From Geosiphon pyriformis uo1 (lineage: Eukaryota > Fungi > Glomeromycota): 64,000 nucleotides of DNA. Made by a program: the position numbers and the translations under genes. Under the pieces are notes generated by a model. The model was not told where the DNA came from, ran no database searches, and saw only the letters and a program-made list of their open reading frames with translations. Every line of letters starts with the position of its first letter. The first letter of the stretch is position 1. This document shows positions 62,001-64,000 of the stretch, piece by piece. Location: contig JAAOMT010000597.1 in the NCBI GenBank assembly GCA_016748015.1, positions 186,001 through 250,000 on the forward strand, in the 5' to 3' direction.

Positions 62001-64000
62001 GTAACAGAATCAGAAAATATAGGAGCAAACCATTTAGGATTTGCAAAATCCTTATTTTAACACTATTGTCAATACTTGGGATTAAATCACAATCATATAT
62101 TTGCTGAATCAGCCTTCAATTTCTACATTAATGAAAAGATTTTCTCTTTATTAAGAACACCAGTGAATACTAAATCAGCAAGAAAAACTTTCTATAGGGA
62201 GTTAATTCAAAACACCAACCTGCCAACAAATCATAATTTCACATCCATCATCACTGAGATCAACAAAAAAATTGAACACTACATGCAACAAAGATATTCA
62301 ATTACATACGCTAGTAAAGGCAAGAGAAAACTACAAACACCAGCAGTAACATCCAGAAAAATACAGCCACCTACTTGGAAGAAAAACAGAATTGAATTTC
62401 CAAGCAATCCATCCTATTACTATACACCTGGAAGCACCATCAACATATCATCAACAGATGTGCTTCCATCAACTGCGACATCAGCATTTGGACGATTCCC
62501 ATTCCAAAGTAGACAAAGGAAAACAGAATTATTAGGACCATATGGTGAATATTTTAAGGGATTTAATTCACAATTATCAACTCCATTAGGACTTCAATCA
62601 CCACCACCTTCACCAGATTTCAGAATCTCTGATCCATGGGAAGCAGCAGAATCAGAAAAAGAGAAAAAAAAATCAGAGAATCAAGAATTCACCTACCAGC
62701 ATCCAATCACTGAAAACCTGGAAGTTAAAACCTTGAATTTTTAAATTCAGCAAAATCTAAATCTAGAAAATTCGGAAATTGAAACTCTGAATCATCAAAG
62801 GCAGAACAGTCCAAACCCCGAATTAATTAATCAGCAAAACCTACCTTCAGTAATTGTCATCGATCAATTGCTGATTAATTTCATAGCCGAACTTATACAA
62901 CAGCCACTTCAACTACCACCCCAACAACCAGTACAACAACAACTGTTTCAACAACCACCACAACCACCTAACTTAGATTCAATAGCCTACACACCAATCA
63001 CAAAACTTGACAACTTTACGGGTGAAGAGGATGACACTCAAGTATGGCTGAATGATATAAAAAAGGCCATCACAGCCAACAGATGGAATGATGTTTAAGC
63101 AATGCAAGCCATTTCCTACTTTCTCAAGAATACCGCCAATTCATGATATCAGAGCTTGGTTAATAAACCACAAGATTTCAATGCCTTCAAAGTGGAATTC
63201 CTAAGATACTTCAACAACAATAATAGCATCAATCGCCTAGTTAATACATTTACCACCATGAAACAAGAAGAAACTGAAGTGGTTACCACTTACCTAGGAC
63301 GCTTCCATTGAAATCTGTGCCAAATTCAAGCAATTAATGCCAACTATTTCACAGCCCCACAGATACTCAACCAGTTTATCTGTGGCCTGCACAGCAGCAT
63401 CTTGTAACATGTACGTTCATTACATCCAGGCACTCTTCAGGACACAGTCACATGCACCAGAGATTTTGAATCTGTTGAGTCAGAGGCTAACCACACCCAA
63501 GCCATTAATCTAGTAATAAACGGATCATCTAAATTGGATTCCAAATTGGAGAAGTTTAGTGAATCAATTAATAAGAGATTGGAAGGATACTTAGCTGACA
63601 ATCATGCCATTTATCAGCCTTCACAACGATGCAATAATCAAGGAAACTCTAATTGTGCCCAAAATCAACCACATCTATCTTCATCAACCAATCAACAGTG
63701 GCAACAGGAAACACATATCTGCCACTATTGTAATAAACAAGGACATATCCAAATTGACTGTCACCAGCATTTAAATAACCAATGATCAGGAAATTAATAT
63801 CAAAACCCTGATCGCCAGTTCTCAACTCCGAATCATCAATCAAACTTAACTCAATATCAAACTACTTACCTGCCAATGATGCAGCAATCAATTTATCAGC
63901 CACCAGTATATCAAGCTCCAATTTATCAACCAATGACCCCAATTTATCAGCCACAGTCACAGGTAATGTATCAACCACAACCGCCAACAATCTATTAACC
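62001..64000 (+). pseudogene. gag: I gag, decayed
   Basis: ESAFNFYINEKI, KLDNFTGEEDD, CHYCNKQGHIQIDC. Confidence 0.9.

Larger units (their letters stand above)
60980..64000 (+). mobile_element. Element I: D/B-related element, 5' LTR and gag; runs off the window
   Basis: LTR 60980-61938, PBS, Gag homologous to B. Confidence 0.9.

Overview
The whole 64 kb window is a nest of decayed Ty3/gypsy (Metaviridae-like) LTR retrotransposons in an AT-rich, CpG-poor eukaryotic genome; no host gene is visible. The protein style suggests a glomeromycotan fungus, but that is from recollection and unverified. I resolve ten insertions, named A, B1, B2, C-I here. Recognisable LTR ends read TGTTA...TAACA (some decayed), and the five insertions with both flanks visible have 4-bp target-site duplications (TSDs). 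Nesting: C contains A (which contains B1) and D. D contains B2, solo LTR E, F (which contains G) and H (which contains I). The A/G, B/D and F families share an unusual architecture; C and I show only parts of it. (1) One in-frame ORF1 with no ATG, starting at a conserved CAAA(A)GTGGC: Gag, protease, Cys-rich domain, dUTPase, a dUTPase-like remnant, RT, RNase H, then a conserved stop. (2) Integrase as a separate ORF with its own ATG after a short A/C-rich spacer of variable frame. (3) A fast-evolving ~210-235 aa ORF3 with no obvious membrane segment in the env position, next to family-specific U3 repeat arrays. (4) A covarying structured motif (GGRTAGCC-stem-GAAGGG) in the long U5, plus anti-PBS hairpins. 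Element H is the internal contrast: ATG start, TTTAAAC -1 frameshift, no dUTPase, no U5 motif. All elements carry many C>T/G>A nonsense changes.
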